Shown here: positions 19,186 to 29,456 of the stretch, piece by piece
How positions within the stretch are numbered: the first letter of the stretch is position 1
How the letters are laid out: every line of letters begins with the position of its first letter
From: a phage
Length of the DNA: 64,000 nucleotides
NCBI GenBank assembly: GCA_011939005.1
Contig: GCA_011939005.1_4858.1
Reading direction: 5' to 3' (one strand)
Translations under genes and position numbers: made by a program
Notes under the pieces: generated by a model
The model's database searches: none
Told to the model about the DNA's origin: nothing
Seen by the model: only the letters and a program-made list of their open reading frames with translations

Positions 19186-19485
19186 TTACATCTGCTTTAT
19201 TGCCATATTCGAACGATACGGCTCAGTGAGTAGAAAGTAAGTACGGCGATAGTCGATTGTCACTCCAGCCTCTTTAATGTCGCAATAGAGTGCCATGATA
19301 TCTAGCGACGCGATTCCGGAGATGATGTTATTAATCTTGCGTTTTGTATCAAAACGTTCCGATAAGATTTCGGCAAGCACTTCTTTACCAGCCTTTCCTT
19401 GGATAGCGTAGATCGCTAACGCTTTCAGTTCTTCCGGCGTCAAACAACGAAGGGTCGGAGGTATTGCGATGTTAACGACCTTCAT
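19186..19485 (-). CDS. Hypothetical protein (about 100 aa; ATG 19485 preferred over GTG 19530)
   Basis: SD aggggg before ATG 19485. Confidence 0.45.
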   Translation of the reverse strand: MKVVNIAIPPTLRCLTPEELKALAIYAIQGKAGKEVLAEILSERFDTKRKINNIISGIASLDIMALYCDIKEAGVTIDYRRTYFLLTEPYRSNMAIKQM

Positions 19486-19540
19486 GCGTCCCCCTACTGT
19501 AGTGGTTTTTAGTTGTGATTTGCAGACCACGAACTAGGCA

Positions 19541-20170
19541 CTACGGTGAAACGACGTATTCGTTCAGTGCGTTATCAAAAGCAGTACGCGCAGTGGCGAC
19601 CGCCTCCGAGACCTTAACTTCACTGCGCTCCCAGTTGACGCTGATAATCAGTCGATAAAATTCGCCGGCTTTCAGCAGTTGACTGGTAGACAGGCGTACA
19701 TCTTGTCCGAAACTTAAGTGATAGACAAAAACATGGCCGCCGTTGCGAAGTTCTGACAACCGCATCTCGCCCAGGTAAATCGGTTTGATATCCCAGTTCG
19801 ACATGCGGTGTGGTACAATCCATACTTCACCCGCCCGATTCGGTTCCTGTGTCAGGTTGACCGAAGGCTGCGCTACATCACGTTCATCAAAACCGTAAAG
19901 ATACAATCGTGTGGGTATTTCGATTGCAGAGAAGTTGTGACGTGCACCCTTAATCGCTCGCTCTAAATCTACCGAGCAGCAAATCCTGGGCACGGTCTTG
20001 TCTTCATCTGGCGCGCACGAAAGTGGGATACGCGGCGAAAACGTCGGTATCTTACACTTGCTTAAATGCAGCGGCTGTTCAGTCAGTTTACGCAACGTCA
20101 ACTTTTTGGCGACGTGCGGCATCTGGCGTTCACACCACCGCTCTAATGACGGGTCGACATGTTCTGCCAT
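19541..20170 (-). CDS. Hypothetical protein, 209 aa
   Basis: ORF in operon context. Confidence 0.55.
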   Translation of the reverse strand: MAEHVDPSLERWCERQMPHVAKKLTLRKLTEQPLHLSKCKIPTFSPRIPLSCAPDEDKTVPRICCSVDLERAIKGARHNFSAIEIPTRLYLYGFDERDVAQPSVNLTQEPNRAGEVWIVPHRMSNWDIKPIYLGEMRLSELRNGGHVFVYHLSFGQDVRLSTSQLLKAGEFYRLIISVNWERSEVKVSEAVATARTAFDNALNEYVVSP

Positions 20171-20172
20171 TT

Positions 20173-20976
20173 TTACCAGCTCCTTACACCCATGCCCATT
20201 ACCCGCAGATTGGACACTTTCGGAGCCAGCTGCAGGTATTCCTGCGCGAGTTGCTGGAGAGCACCACGACGGGACTCAGTGGCAACAGCGCTGGTCGTTG
20301 TCGGATTGTACAGAATGTCTTCCAACACTTGACGACTGATAGGGCGGTCGACGTAAGTGCGAGTAGATTCCTGTGCCACTTTACTACCGCGTTGAATCGC
20401 AGAGTATTTGTTACAGATTTGCAGGCCATCTTCAATAACCCAGTCAAAGGTGACCAGTTTATCGATGCGGCGTACGATAGTCGTACCCAGACGACCTTCA
20501 CGAACGATAGCACGCAGTGAGAAACACACGTTCTGATGTGGGTTCTCTAGTGCTTCCGCTAGAAGCGGACCACGTTCACGGTTAGGTTTAATCCAACCCC
20601 AGATTTCCATTACCGGCAGACCGTTACACATCTGGTCGGTCGGCTTCACTTCTACTTCGCGGATGTGCATACACACGTTACGCGTTTCGATCCATTCGTT
20701 ACGTTCGATCCACTGGGCTTCGCTCATGCCTTGTTCGTATTGCGGATGGTCTTCTTCACCGAAGAGATTCCCCGCCAAAACTTTACGCATGAAAACGTTA
20801 GAGCGCTCGAAGACATGTTTTGACTCGTTATAGGCGTAGTAAATATTCTCAGAGTTGAAAATATTCAGTGCACCTAACAGGACGTAGTAATATCCGTCCG
20901 CATCTTTCTTTAGCGTTGCCCCTTTATTGACCCCAGCGAGTGCCACGCAGTTATAACGTAGTGACAAGTTTTCCAT
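20173..20976 (-). CDS. Hypothetical protein, 267 aa (position consistent with a prohead-protease slot in phiKZ-like gene order; not supported by motifs)
   Basis: ORF; synteny inference only. Confidence 0.5.
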   Translation of the reverse strand: MENLSLRYNCVALAGVNKGATLKKDADGYYYVLLGALNIFNSENIYYAYNESKHVFERSNVFMRKVLAGNLFGEEDHPQYEQGMSEAQWIERNEWIETRNVCMHIREVEVKPTDQMCNGLPVMEIWGWIKPNRERGPLLAEALENPHQNVCFSLRAIVREGRLGTTIVRRIDKLVTFDWVIEDGLQICNKYSAIQRGSKVAQESTRTYVDRPISRQVLEDILYNPTTTSAVATESRRGALQQLAQEYLQLAPKVSNLRVMGMGVRSW

Positions 20977-21038
20977 TGGTTTCCCCAGTTGTTATTACCG
21001 AAGCGGGTTATTGGGGACGTACAATAACCCTACCTCAG

Positions 21039-21767
21039 TTACCTCATATACAAATCCTCGAGTGGCTCTGCACGTACCGGATCGACCTGGAGTGCAGAAC
21101 GGATACCCTGTTTCAGTTCCACATCTGCAATCTTGGCCAACCGGGAAGTTTTGTTCAATGAACCTGAACGCAGCGGAATAAACTGCACCCGATTCATCAA
21201 ATCGCTGTCTTTTTTCAGGGTGTAGCGGAAATACGTCCGCGGGTCGCCAACCTTACGCTGTGTGTGGGCAGCATAACAGTCAGCGGTGATCTGGTCGTTA
21301 AAGACCGTAAAGCCGTTCCACGTCTTAGTGTCAGACAATAGCTCAGCGTCATCTACTGCGGTGTACCAGAAAGGCCGGTTTCCGAAGTCGTAGATGTACG
21401 AAGCGATGTTGTAGACTGGCGAGGAGAGCACTTGCAGCATTCGGTTGGGGAACACCACCGTGCCGGGGTCAAAACGGAACTCGTAATACGGCACACCCTG
21501 AACGTCAATTTCCTCAAACGCCGACGGGGTAATTTCAATGAACGTCGTGACGTTCGATACCCCGTAGGTTTTGCGGTCAGTGGAGATAGCGAAAATACCG
21601 ACGATTTCGACTTGCGAAGAAATTACCGCCAGCTCTTTAGCCACGAAGCCAACAGGGATGTAAATGTAACATCCCCCTTTGGTGATGGTGGCCGTGCCTT
21701 GGTCCACTAAATCTGCATGAATTTTCGTCGCGTCACGACGTGCTGTTTCAATGGCGCTCACGACCAC
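21039..21767 (-). CDS. Hypothetical protein, 242 aa
   Basis: ORF in operon context. Confidence 0.55.
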   Translation of the reverse strand: MVVSAIETARRDATKIHADLVDQGTATITKGGCYIYIPVGFVAKELAVISSQVEIVGIFAISTDRKTYGVSNVTTFIEITPSAFEEIDVQGVPYYEFRFDPGTVVFPNRMLQVLSSPVYNIASYIYDFGNRPFWYTAVDDAELLSDTKTWNGFTVFNDQITADCYAAHTQRKVGDPRTYFRYTLKKDSDLMNRVQFIPLRSGSLNKTSRLAKIADVELKQGIRSALQVDPVRAEPLEDLYMR

Positions 21768-21776
21768 CTCTCTTTA

Positions 21777-23252
21777 TTAAACTTTGCTCGGTACAGAAAT
21801 AACCACACCGCCACAAATCCAATCCAGGACGTAGTTAATCATCCAGTCGGTTGCCACCTCGTCAGGTTGACGGTTAGCAATCATACCACGATGAATATCC
21901 AGCATCAGCTTGGACAGTTCGTATTCGCCGAAGACCTCAGTCGCGGAGACTTTGATAACGAACTCAGTGATGTCTGTGGTGTCGGTTGTGAAGAACGAAT
22001 CGATGAAGCTTGCCGTTGATTTCTTAACGAACTCCGGCGTTGCTACCTGACCGTCCTGTCCACGCCAGAACAGTTCAGGATCGGTCGCATCGATAGCCAC
22101 GTTAAACGCTTGTTTCAGTGACTGGCGATTACGTGTTACCCAATTGCTGTCGAGTTTAGCACGCTGAATCGCAGAACGGTGCCCCCAGGCAGCGATGTAG
22201 TCTTTCTGTTTTTCCAACAATGAAGCTACACGCGTGGAGACATTGGTGTCACCTTCGTCCAGCTGGTAAATAGCACCCAGTAACGCTTCAACGCTACCGC
22301 CTTTTTCCAGATAGTCGTCCATCACTTCCTGACAGATATACACTTTCTTCTCAACGTTGTCGTATCCGAAGACAATGTTACCGGTCTTGATGCGGGTAAC
22401 GATGTTCTGGGTGTAGGCGTAAACCCAACCGATATAGCTGTAATGTAATGGCAGCATCTGTGCTTTCCACTGCCCGCTATTCAGACCAGAGTCTTTCCAC
22501 GGCATTTCCAGGTAGTAGCCAGAAAGCAGCATAAACAGAATGTTGCGTTTCAGGTTGTGTGGTGCCTGGTCGCTTACCGGAGAGAGCATGTTCCCTTCGA
22601 GCATGTTGCGAACGGCTTCGTTGATATTCCAACCCAGCGCATTCAACAGTTCTTTAACCAGATCGTCGTATGCTTTGCTGCCGGTTTCTGGCAGTTCGAT
22701 ATCGGCAGGGACGTTAGCTTTAACCGCAGGGTGTGTGGTACCGTTACCCAGCGGGTTTTCTACCGAATCAATTAATGCCTGTACCACCGGGGAGTTCAGC
22801 GCCGGGTCCATACCTGCAGGCACAAGTGCCCATTCTTCGCTAACTGCCTGGTTTTCAATACCCTGGTTGTTTTGGATAACCAGCTGAACAAACGGCTGAA
22901 TAACGTTACGAGCAAAGTCAAGCATACCCTGACAACGCTGGATAGCCATACGCTTCAGTTCAAACAGCGTTGGTTCGTGGTCTTCGACGTTCAGCGTTTC
23001 TGGACCCGCTGCCGTGTCCGCGATTACGGACGCTTCGCCTGTACCGGCCTGCGGCGTTTTCAGTGCAGTGATATCCGGCAGAGACTGGAAGAACTCTTCG
23101 TCGGTTATCTGCGTATCGAAAACGCTCTGCTGCGTAGTCGCTTTTGTCAGTAGACCAACAGGACTGTCAACGTCAGCTTCCAAACGAACCTGGTGTTGTT
23201 TCGCCAGTTTCATTGCGTTGGTGACAGCATTAAGTGAATATAAGTTGATCAT
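21777..23252 (-). CDS. Hypothetical protein, 491 aa
   Basis: Long ORF. Confidence 0.6.
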   Translation of the reverse strand: MINLYSLNAVTNAMKLAKQHQVRLEADVDSPVGLLTKATTQQSVFDTQITDEEFFQSLPDITALKTPQAGTGEASVIADTAAGPETLNVEDHEPTLFELKRMAIQRCQGMLDFARNVIQPFVQLVIQNNQGIENQAVSEEWALVPAGMDPALNSPVVQALIDSVENPLGNGTTHPAVKANVPADIELPETGSKAYDDLVKELLNALGWNINEAVRNMLEGNMLSPVSDQAPHNLKRNILFMLLSGYYLEMPWKDSGLNSGQWKAQMLPLHYSYIGWVYAYTQNIVTRIKTGNIVFGYDNVEKKVYICQEVMDDYLEKGGSVEALLGAIYQLDEGDTNVSTRVASLLEKQKDYIAAWGHRSAIQRAKLDSNWVTRNRQSLKQAFNVAIDATDPELFWRGQDGQVATPEFVKKSTASFIDSFFTTDTTDITEFVIKVSATEVFGEYELSKLMLDIHRGMIANRQPDEVATDWMINYVLDWICGGVVISVPSKV

Positions 23253-23542
23253 GCCTGACCCCCGTTTTTGGTGCTGATGGAATCCTGGATGCGACCAGTA
23301 ATACGCGCACCCACCATATCAGCGATGTCTCGTTTCAGCAAACGCTGATCGCCCATGCGGTCAGACAGGCCATTGCTGCCCTTCAGCAGTCCGTGAATAA
23401 TTTCGGTGGCCAATTCAACCGCATTGCCCAGAACAACAAAGTTCATGCGTTGCTGTGGGGAATAACCTTCCGTTTCCGGATTCGTGCTATTACGGCCCAC
23501 CGGAATCCCATGCTGCTGCTTGAGCGTATCTAAAATTCCCAT
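23249..23542 (-). CDS. Hypothetical protein, 97 aa
   Basis: ORF with SD ggag 7 nt upstream; GC hairpin 23567-23585 just upstream. Confidence 0.5.
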   Translation of the reverse strand: MGILDTLKQQHGIPVGRNSTNPETEGYSPQQRMNFVVLGNAVELATEIIHGLLKGSNGLSDRMGDQRLLKRDIADMVGARITGRIQDSISTKNGGQA

Positions 23543-23589
23543 TATTAACTCCGGAGTTTATTTACCGGGCGGGAGCGACCCGCCCTACA

Positions 23590-26500
23590 TTAGTTGATTT
23601 TAGCCGGCAAGGCTGGGACGTCTTCACCATCTAAGATGCGTCCGATATTCTCCCCACCACGATACCCGACAGCGTTGGTGGTTCCGATGCGCATGATAGA
23701 ACCTACGATACGTGCGTCGACGGAATCACGACCAAAGATAATGTCGAGTTCCTGCCCGTCTTCCGTTTTGTTGGTTCCATACATCACTTCCTGAACCGTC
23801 GTTTTCAGCTGGTTAGCAATAACCATCTTATCCGCTGCTGCCATCTCTACCCGGTGTGTGATGTAGAATCGGACACACAGGCTATTGTACGCTAACGGCA
23901 CCCCCTCAACACGAAAATCACCGTTGACTCGACCGTCCTTCGGCTCGTCACGTTTGAGAGCCAGCGCAGTCTTCCGACGTATACGGTCGTATTTACGAAC
24001 CATCTCCGCCAAAGACGGGGTCATATCTTCCACCTCGCCGTGGTAAACCACTTCGATTTTGTCGATAAACCCACGAACACCAGAGCGTGGTGCAAAGGAG
24101 CTTAACTCACGCAGCGTTTCCGCTGCTTCTTTACTGAACCCGCTCATATCGCCGGTCAGGTTGTCGGTGAAGGTGCATAGAATTGAATCCACGTCTACGT
24201 GGTCCCCTTCTTTTACCATCTCCAACAGGTTCTGGGTAAACGTCATTGTGACTTCTTTGAGTTTGGTAACATCGGCTTCAGCCTTAGCAGCGAACCGCTC
24301 ACTAATGGCGTTGGAGTCCTCAATTACTTCTTCCCCTTCAATCAAAGCGACAGTTGCCAGTATCCCGTTTTTAAAACTGACCTGCGTTGGATCGTAGATG
24401 TCTGGTTCAAAGTGTTGTTCGTTGTACGTGATAACGGCACCGGCAGGGAGTTTATCTCCGCGCTTCCATTTCGTTACCAGGGTGTGTGGGTAGTAAGTCC
24501 CTTCGTGTGGACCGAACCAACGGCCCAGTGGGAAAGCTTCTTCCTCTCCGTCGTCGTATTTGATTTTAACGTGGTCGTTAAGAACCTCCACAATCTTGCC
24601 TGGTTTATCGATTACGCGTGCGTGCTTCACAGAAGTACGGTGTGCCACGAACTTTTCTTGCTCGGTACGATACGGTGTGGTGGTTGCGCCAACACAACTG
24701 GTCGCAGAACCGAATTGAATCCCAACGAAGTTCTGACGCTTAGCATCGTCCATCAGGGTATCCGGCACCAAGCCATCAATAAATGACAGTGCCTCACCTG
24801 GCTTCAGTTTATCGAGGTCCTTTTTAAAGGTCGTGCCGTCCACGGTGTCGTAACGCGGATTGTTTGTTGCAAAGGCGGTGATACCTACGTCGCCGTTATC
24901 GACCGTGTTACCGGAGATAATCCCCAGGTCGCTCGGTTGGAATTCACGGGTACTGTATACCATGGTTTTGCGGTTACGACCACCTGTACCGCCCATGGTA
25001 ACGACATCTTTTTCTTTGATGTTCTGTACCGGGTTTGCGCCAGGAGCCAGCAGAACAGACGGGTCGGAGTTAATTGCACCCCACACCATGTCCTGCGTCA
25101 ACTCAAACTTACGATTTGAGTTAGGCGCGTTGTTGTAGTTACGCATCGCCCGCACCATCGCGGTGTAGATGTGATACGAAATACGTTGGTTCCCGATGAA
25201 CATCATTTCGTCACCGTTAATTTCCGGTAACGTGTGGTCCGTCTGCAGCAGTTCGTTAGAACGCTCCAGTAAGCCGATAAAGGTTTCCGGCTCGCCCATT
25301 TTCCTGAGGATACGCGCGTGCATGTCATCAACAAATGCGGTCCGCATCAGTTTCAGCTCTTTGATGTAGCGTGGTGTTAGCCCATCTGCATCGCGTAACA
25401 GGTTCAGATAAATGTCTTCCCGGTCAACTTCCGACTCGGTATACGTGGTAAAGTGTTTGATGTAACGGTCTAAGCCGTTGACAATCATCCTCTGTTGATC
25501 GTTCTCGCAGACAATTGCAATTTTCGCATCCTGGAGACGAATAATGGAGTCGAACTGACCTTTATCGATACGTTGTCCGACAGAGAGAACCTCGTAACTG
25601 ATACCAAAGTGTTTCAACATCCCGGTTAACCCGAGATAGTACGAAAACACAAAGCCCAGCGAGATTGATTTGCCCATCAGTGACAGTTCGGTCATTTCTC
25701 GTGGAGCCTTAGAGGTGTCCACGCCAAAGACCTCGGCGAGTGTACCCAGTGGTTCGGTCTTATCCTTATCCACTCGATAAAGCTGGGAGTTTTTATCCAT
25801 ACCGACGATGACATGACTCCGCGGTTTCTTCGCCACAGGTACCAGCTCGACACGGTCCGCGTCTGCCAGTTGCCCTTCGTTAAAGAATGCCGCTTTCTGT
25901 TTAATGTCAAAGTTCCATTGGTACCCAATTGCGTTGAACGCTGCTACACGACGTGCCACCTCGGTGTACTGACGCGGCAGTTTAGACAGCGGATCGAACA
26001 CATTCGCCAGTTTTGCATCAGTGATTTCGGTGTTCTTTGGATCGACCGCGCGAGTAATAATCGCATTAGTGAGCCAACGTCCGTAATCATTGACGACTTT
26101 ATCACTGCGACGGACAAAGTTCTTCCCGTAGGCAGTGGTTAACGCTACAGTATCGTGGGACACTTTACGGATAGGAAGATCAACGCGCTGACGACGCATT
26201 GTATATTCTACACCATTCGCAACCCAAGTACCGTCTTCGGTTAATGCAGGAATTGAGAAACGTACCGTGGTTGGTTCTCCGCCAATCGGCTGAATACGCA
26301 ACGTGTGGTGTTCGATATTCCCGGTAACGGAAATCTCTTTCTCGACAGTGTGATTGTGAATCGCTAAACCAAGACGTTGGGATGACGCTACTGCCCCCAG
26401 AATATCTTTCGGGAAGATTTCCTGGTTGTACTGACGAATGATTTGGTCGGTGGTATTTTCCGCCCAGGCTTCATCCGTAACTAAGCGTTCAATCTTCTTA

Positions 26501-27795
26501 GGCTCGGCTTTAACTTCGAGTTTCTTAGGATCGATGGTCAGACCTTCGCCGTACGTCTCTTTAGGATTGTACGGGTTGGGTAAGTTTACGAAACGTTTAG
26601 AAGATTCGTTCAGGAACTGATACGCTTTGGCGGTGACGCGGCCCGCTTCTGCCAGGCGCTCAACTTCCTGTTTAATCACAGCATCGTGTGGGATGGTGCG
26701 TTCTACGACGATGGTGGTTGGTTTGACATCTTCTTTCGGCGCTTCGATGACCAGATCTTCTTTCTCATCGAACTCATGATCGTTCAATATATCGTCAACG
26801 TTGTCGCTTTGTGTTGCTTCATCGTCGACGATATCGAGGGTTTCTTCCGGTTTACTGGCAACGGCTTCAACAACATCGTCGTCCTCTCCCAGATGTACGC
26901 GTTCGTCCCCTTCCGGTGTAACGAACTCGTCATCTTCGTAGTCGGTAGACGGCGGTGTGGTCATCACAGTAGTCAGTGTACGGTAGAACATTCTGCCCAT
27001 CTGCACGTCAGTCAAACGACCGCCGGCAGACTTACGCATTCTTTCAATTACACCCATGTTCATGGATGTAAAACCACCGTTGTGCGTGAAGATAAAGTTC
27101 ACACGTGACAGCTGGTTCATGTCCATACCGTCAAACAGGGTTGCTTGCTGATCGCCGTAAGCCCAACCGAACAGTTCCAGTAACCACAGCAGGTTAAAGT
27201 CCTTAAAGCGCTCCAGTTTGGTTTTAACACGATCGTTATACGTCATTTTAAAACGATCGAAAGAAGGCAGTACGTTACCCAGTTCGATGATGTAGTAGTT
27301 CTGACGCATGTACTCACGTGAGTCAGTTTTCATCTGGTTAGTTATCAGCAGCTGAATGTTGTGCAGACGTTCGTACCAGGACATCAGAGTATCAGGGTAG
27401 AAATAATGCGGCAGCATCGGGGTGTAGTTTTCGATGAGCAGCACTTTCGGATCTGAACGCACCACACCATCTTCAATCATGCGACGAATACGACGGTTGT
27501 TACGATGGTACTGGAAGATTTGACGTTCTTGGCCAACAACAGGTTTCTTACGCGGATGGCCAATAATGCCGTCTTCAGGTAGCTGGAAGTGATGGCGAAT
27601 CATCGCCGGTTTTTCCAGCTGGCCAAAACACGGTGTAGTTAACGGCGGCGCTAAAACCACCTGGTCTAAATCGATGGTGTGGTAGATAGAACCACGTGGG
27701 AGCTGGAGCTTCTCCAGCGGGATAATACGCGGACGACCGAACTCATCGGTCTTGCGCACGGTAAAGCGCTGGTTAAACTGTTTCAGAAAAATCAT
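23590..27795 (-). CDS. Multisubunit RNA polymerase beta-like subunit (N-terminal portion through flap/NFEDS-like region), 1401 aa
   Basis: By-eye similarity to E. coli RpoB recalled from memory: N-terminus TVRKTDEFGRPRIIPLEKLQL vs RKDFGKRPQVLDVPYLL; GGTGGRNRK vs GPGGLTRER; WKRGDKLPAGAVI vs VERGDVLADG; EDSNAISERF vs EDSILVSERV. C-terminal RpoB motifs absent. Confidence 0.65.
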   Translation of the reverse strand: MIFLKQFNQRFTVRKTDEFGRPRIIPLEKLQLPRGSIYHTIDLDQVVLAPPLTTPCFGQLEKPAMIRHHFQLPEDGIIGHPRKKPVVGQERQIFQYHRNNRRIRRMIEDGVVRSDPKVLLIENYTPMLPHYFYPDTLMSWYERLHNIQLLITNQMKTDSREYMRQNYYIIELGNVLPSFDRFKMTYNDRVKTKLERFKDFNLLWLLELFGWAYGDQQATLFDGMDMNQLSRVNFIFTHNGGFTSMNMGVIERMRKSAGGRLTDVQMGRMFYRTLTTVMTTPPSTDYEDDEFVTPEGDERVHLGEDDDVVEAVASKPEETLDIVDDEATQSDNVDDILNDHEFDEKEDLVIEAPKEDVKPTTIVVERTIPHDAVIKQEVERLAEAGRVTAKAYQFLNESSKRFVNLPNPYNPKETYGEGLTIDPKKLEVKAEPKKIERLVTDEAWAENTTDQIIRQYNQEIFPKDILGAVASSQRLGLAIHNHTVEKEISVTGNIEHHTLRIQPIGGEPTTVRFSIPALTEDGTWVANGVEYTMRRQRVDLPIRKVSHDTVALTTAYGKNFVRRSDKVVNDYGRWLTNAIITRAVDPKNTEITDAKLANVFDPLSKLPRQYTEVARRVAAFNAIGYQWNFDIKQKAAFFNEGQLADADRVELVPVAKKPRSHVIVGMDKNSQLYRVDKDKTEPLGTLAEVFGVDTSKAPREMTELSLMGKSISLGFVFSYYLGLTGMLKHFGISYEVLSVGQRIDKGQFDSIIRLQDAKIAIVCENDQQRMIVNGLDRYIKHFTTYTESEVDREDIYLNLLRDADGLTPRYIKELKLMRTAFVDDMHARILRKMGEPETFIGLLERSNELLQTDHTLPEINGDEMMFIGNQRISYHIYTAMVRAMRNYNNAPNSNRKFELTQDMVWGAINSDPSVLLAPGANPVQNIKEKDVVTMGGTGGRNRKTMVYSTREFQPSDLGIISGNTVDNGDVGITAFATNNPRYDTVDGTTFKKDLDKLKPGEALSFIDGLVPDTLMDDAKRQNFVGIQFGSATSCVGATTTPYRTEQEKFVAHRTSVKHARVIDKPGKIVEVLNDHVKIKYDDGEEEAFPLGRWFGPHEGTYYPHTLVTKWKRGDKLPAGAVITYNEQHFEPDIYDPTQVSFKNGILATVALIEGEEVIEDSNAISERFAAKAEADVTKLKEVTMTFTQNLLEMVKEGDHVDVDSILCTFTDNLTGDMSGFSKEAAETLRELSSFAPRSGVRGFIDKIEVVYHGEVEDMTPSLAEMVRKYDRIRRKTALALKRDEPKDGRVNGDFRVEGVPLAYNSLCVRFYITHRVEMAAADKMVIANQLKTTVQEVMYGTNKTEDGQELDIIFGRDSVDARIVGSIMRIGTTNAVGYRGGENIGRILDGEDVPALPAKIN

Positions 27796-27813
27796 ACATG
27801 TGCCTTATGGGTA

Positions 27814-29427
27814 TCATTTCAACAGCGCAGCAGTCGTTCTTTTAATCACGTTGTTAACCGGATTGATTTTGAAACTGCCGTCTGTTGCAAACCAGTAGTT
27901 TTTCGAACTGACCCACTTCCGATTTTCCTCGAGCGCTTCGGTTGACATCGGGCAGTTTGCTGAGCCGGTGTCACCATCGTAGTCACCACCCAATCCACCT
28001 AATCGGGATGGATGTGGTGCCATGGATTCCACAAAGGTTTTCACGGTACGGTCAGGGAAACTAATTGCACCCTTCTCTTTTAACGTGACCCAATCGTCTT
28101 CCAGTTCATGCAAATAGAGGGAAGAAGTGGTGGTCTCCAATCTTATGGTCGAGGAGTAAGTCGAACCGCGTCCCGTAACCGGATAACGCGTGATGAACGA
28201 GAAGTAGTCATTCCAAATATCGTAACCTGACAAATAGAGGAGTTCTGCTAAGCTCAGTCCGCGGACAAGCTTACGGTCACGTCCTTCCGGCAGGTCTTCA
28301 ATATCGTAAAAGATTTTGAAGCTGCGTTTGTCTTGGTAGATTAATGCCACGTAATGGTCCGGATCAATCATCAGCGGTTTATGTCGAAGCTCGCGCGCTT
28401 CCATTCTGTTGATGAGTGTTTCGATGCCATCGTCGGTAGTGAAAAGGTCATACACCCGCCCGGAGACTTCCAGGAACTCACGCTTGAGTGTTTTGGTGTT
28501 AACGCCGTATAAGTTGCCGTCCCCTGCCCGGATGTTACTGAGGTAACGTTCACGGATGTGGTATTGCGCCACAGGCAGTAATGCCTTCAGGGTTTGGTAC
28601 AAACCGATACGGGTATCCGTTGGACGAATCGCATCTTCGCGACCCATGACCTTGGAACCGGTTGAGAATGAAGACAGCACGTTACGCGTACCGTTCATTA
28701 ATTTACGTGACGTCACTTTACGACGTGCAAAACCACCTTTACCGTCTTGGATGTTGAAGAAGTACATCCAGATGTCATTAAAGGTTTGTTGGAGCTTCCA
28801 GCGAACCGGGTCAGTCAGTTCCGTTCGCGTACTGCGGTCGGGGATTGCACGTGCCAGAGAAATCAGACGGCGGTAGAGTCCGCCAATCTCTTCTTCTTGG
28901 TCGCGGCCATCCTGACGAATGACCAAATCACGTAATCCTGCAGGCAGAACCAGCACATAGCGGCTGAGACTGACCGGACGGAACTTATTGAAGAAATCGA
29001 CTGTCTCGTCGCGACGCATCGACTCGTTGCGTCCCGGAGTCAGTTGTTCGTAGTAGCGTAGGAAGAAGTTGAAGCCGGTGTCTGCACCTTTATCACTGGG
29101 CAGAGCCGGCTCGAAATCTTTTTCTTTCTCATTCCAGATAGCGAATCGCTTCCCGGAACAGATTTCTTCGTACAGCTGTTTCAGCTGGAACAGTGCCAAA
29201 CAAACGGTCGGCGAAATGATATCCAGTTTGATATCAATGTACGAGAACGTTGAGTCTCGTGCCTCGCTCCCTGTGAGGCCAAATATTTCGGTTGAATACA
29301 GTCCTTCAGGGTGAAAGTTTTTCGTCAGTCCCTGAAAGGTGTCTGTTGTTGTAACTGGTTTTAAATGCGACACCAGGGACTTGTTGACGTTTAACAAGTA
29401 AAAGTCAACCCAGTTTAGCTTTCTCAC
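27814..29427 (-). CDS. Multisubunit RNA polymerase beta-prime-like subunit, N-terminal fragment (537 aa), GTG start
   Basis: RYVLVLPAGLRDLV vs RpoC ILTVLPVLPPDLRPLV; GGFARRKVTSRKLMNGTRNVLSSFSTGSKV vs [21 protein letters not shown]; catalytic-site variant GGDYDGD (nt 27969-27986) vs NADFDGD; ORF ends about 55 aa after it; SD aggag before GTG. Confidence 0.8.
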   Translation of the reverse strand: MRKLNWVDFYLLNVNKSLVSHLKPVTTTDTFQGLTKNFHPEGLYSTEIFGLTGSEARDSTFSYIDIKLDIISPTVCLALFQLKQLYEEICSGKRFAIWNEKEKDFEPALPSDKGADTGFNFFLRYYEQLTPGRNESMRRDETVDFFNKFRPVSLSRYVLVLPAGLRDLVIRQDGRDQEEEIGGLYRRLISLARAIPDRSTRTELTDPVRWKLQQTFNDIWMYFFNIQDGKGGFARRKVTSRKLMNGTRNVLSSFSTGSKVMGREDAIRPTDTRIGLYQTLKALLPVAQYHIRERYLSNIRAGDGNLYGVNTKTLKREFLEVSGRVYDLFTTDDGIETLINRMEARELRHKPLMIDPDHYVALIYQDKRSFKIFYDIEDLPEGRDRKLVRGLSLAELLYLSGYDIWNDYFSFITRYPVTGRGSTYSSTIRLETTTSSLYLHELEDDWVTLKEKGAISFPDRTVKTFVESMAPHPSRLGGLGGDYDGDTGSANCPMSTEALEENRKWVSSKNYWFATDGSFKINPVNNVIKRTTAALLK

Positions 29428-29456
29428 TTTTAAGCTCCTGAATTGGAAGAAACATT

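Noticed and set aside
24059-27108. Embedded ORFs within the 1401-aa RNAP beta-like gene (e.g. 24199-24786, 26686-27108)
   Set aside because: Shadow ORFs on the opposite strand of a gene with recognisable RpoB motifs.
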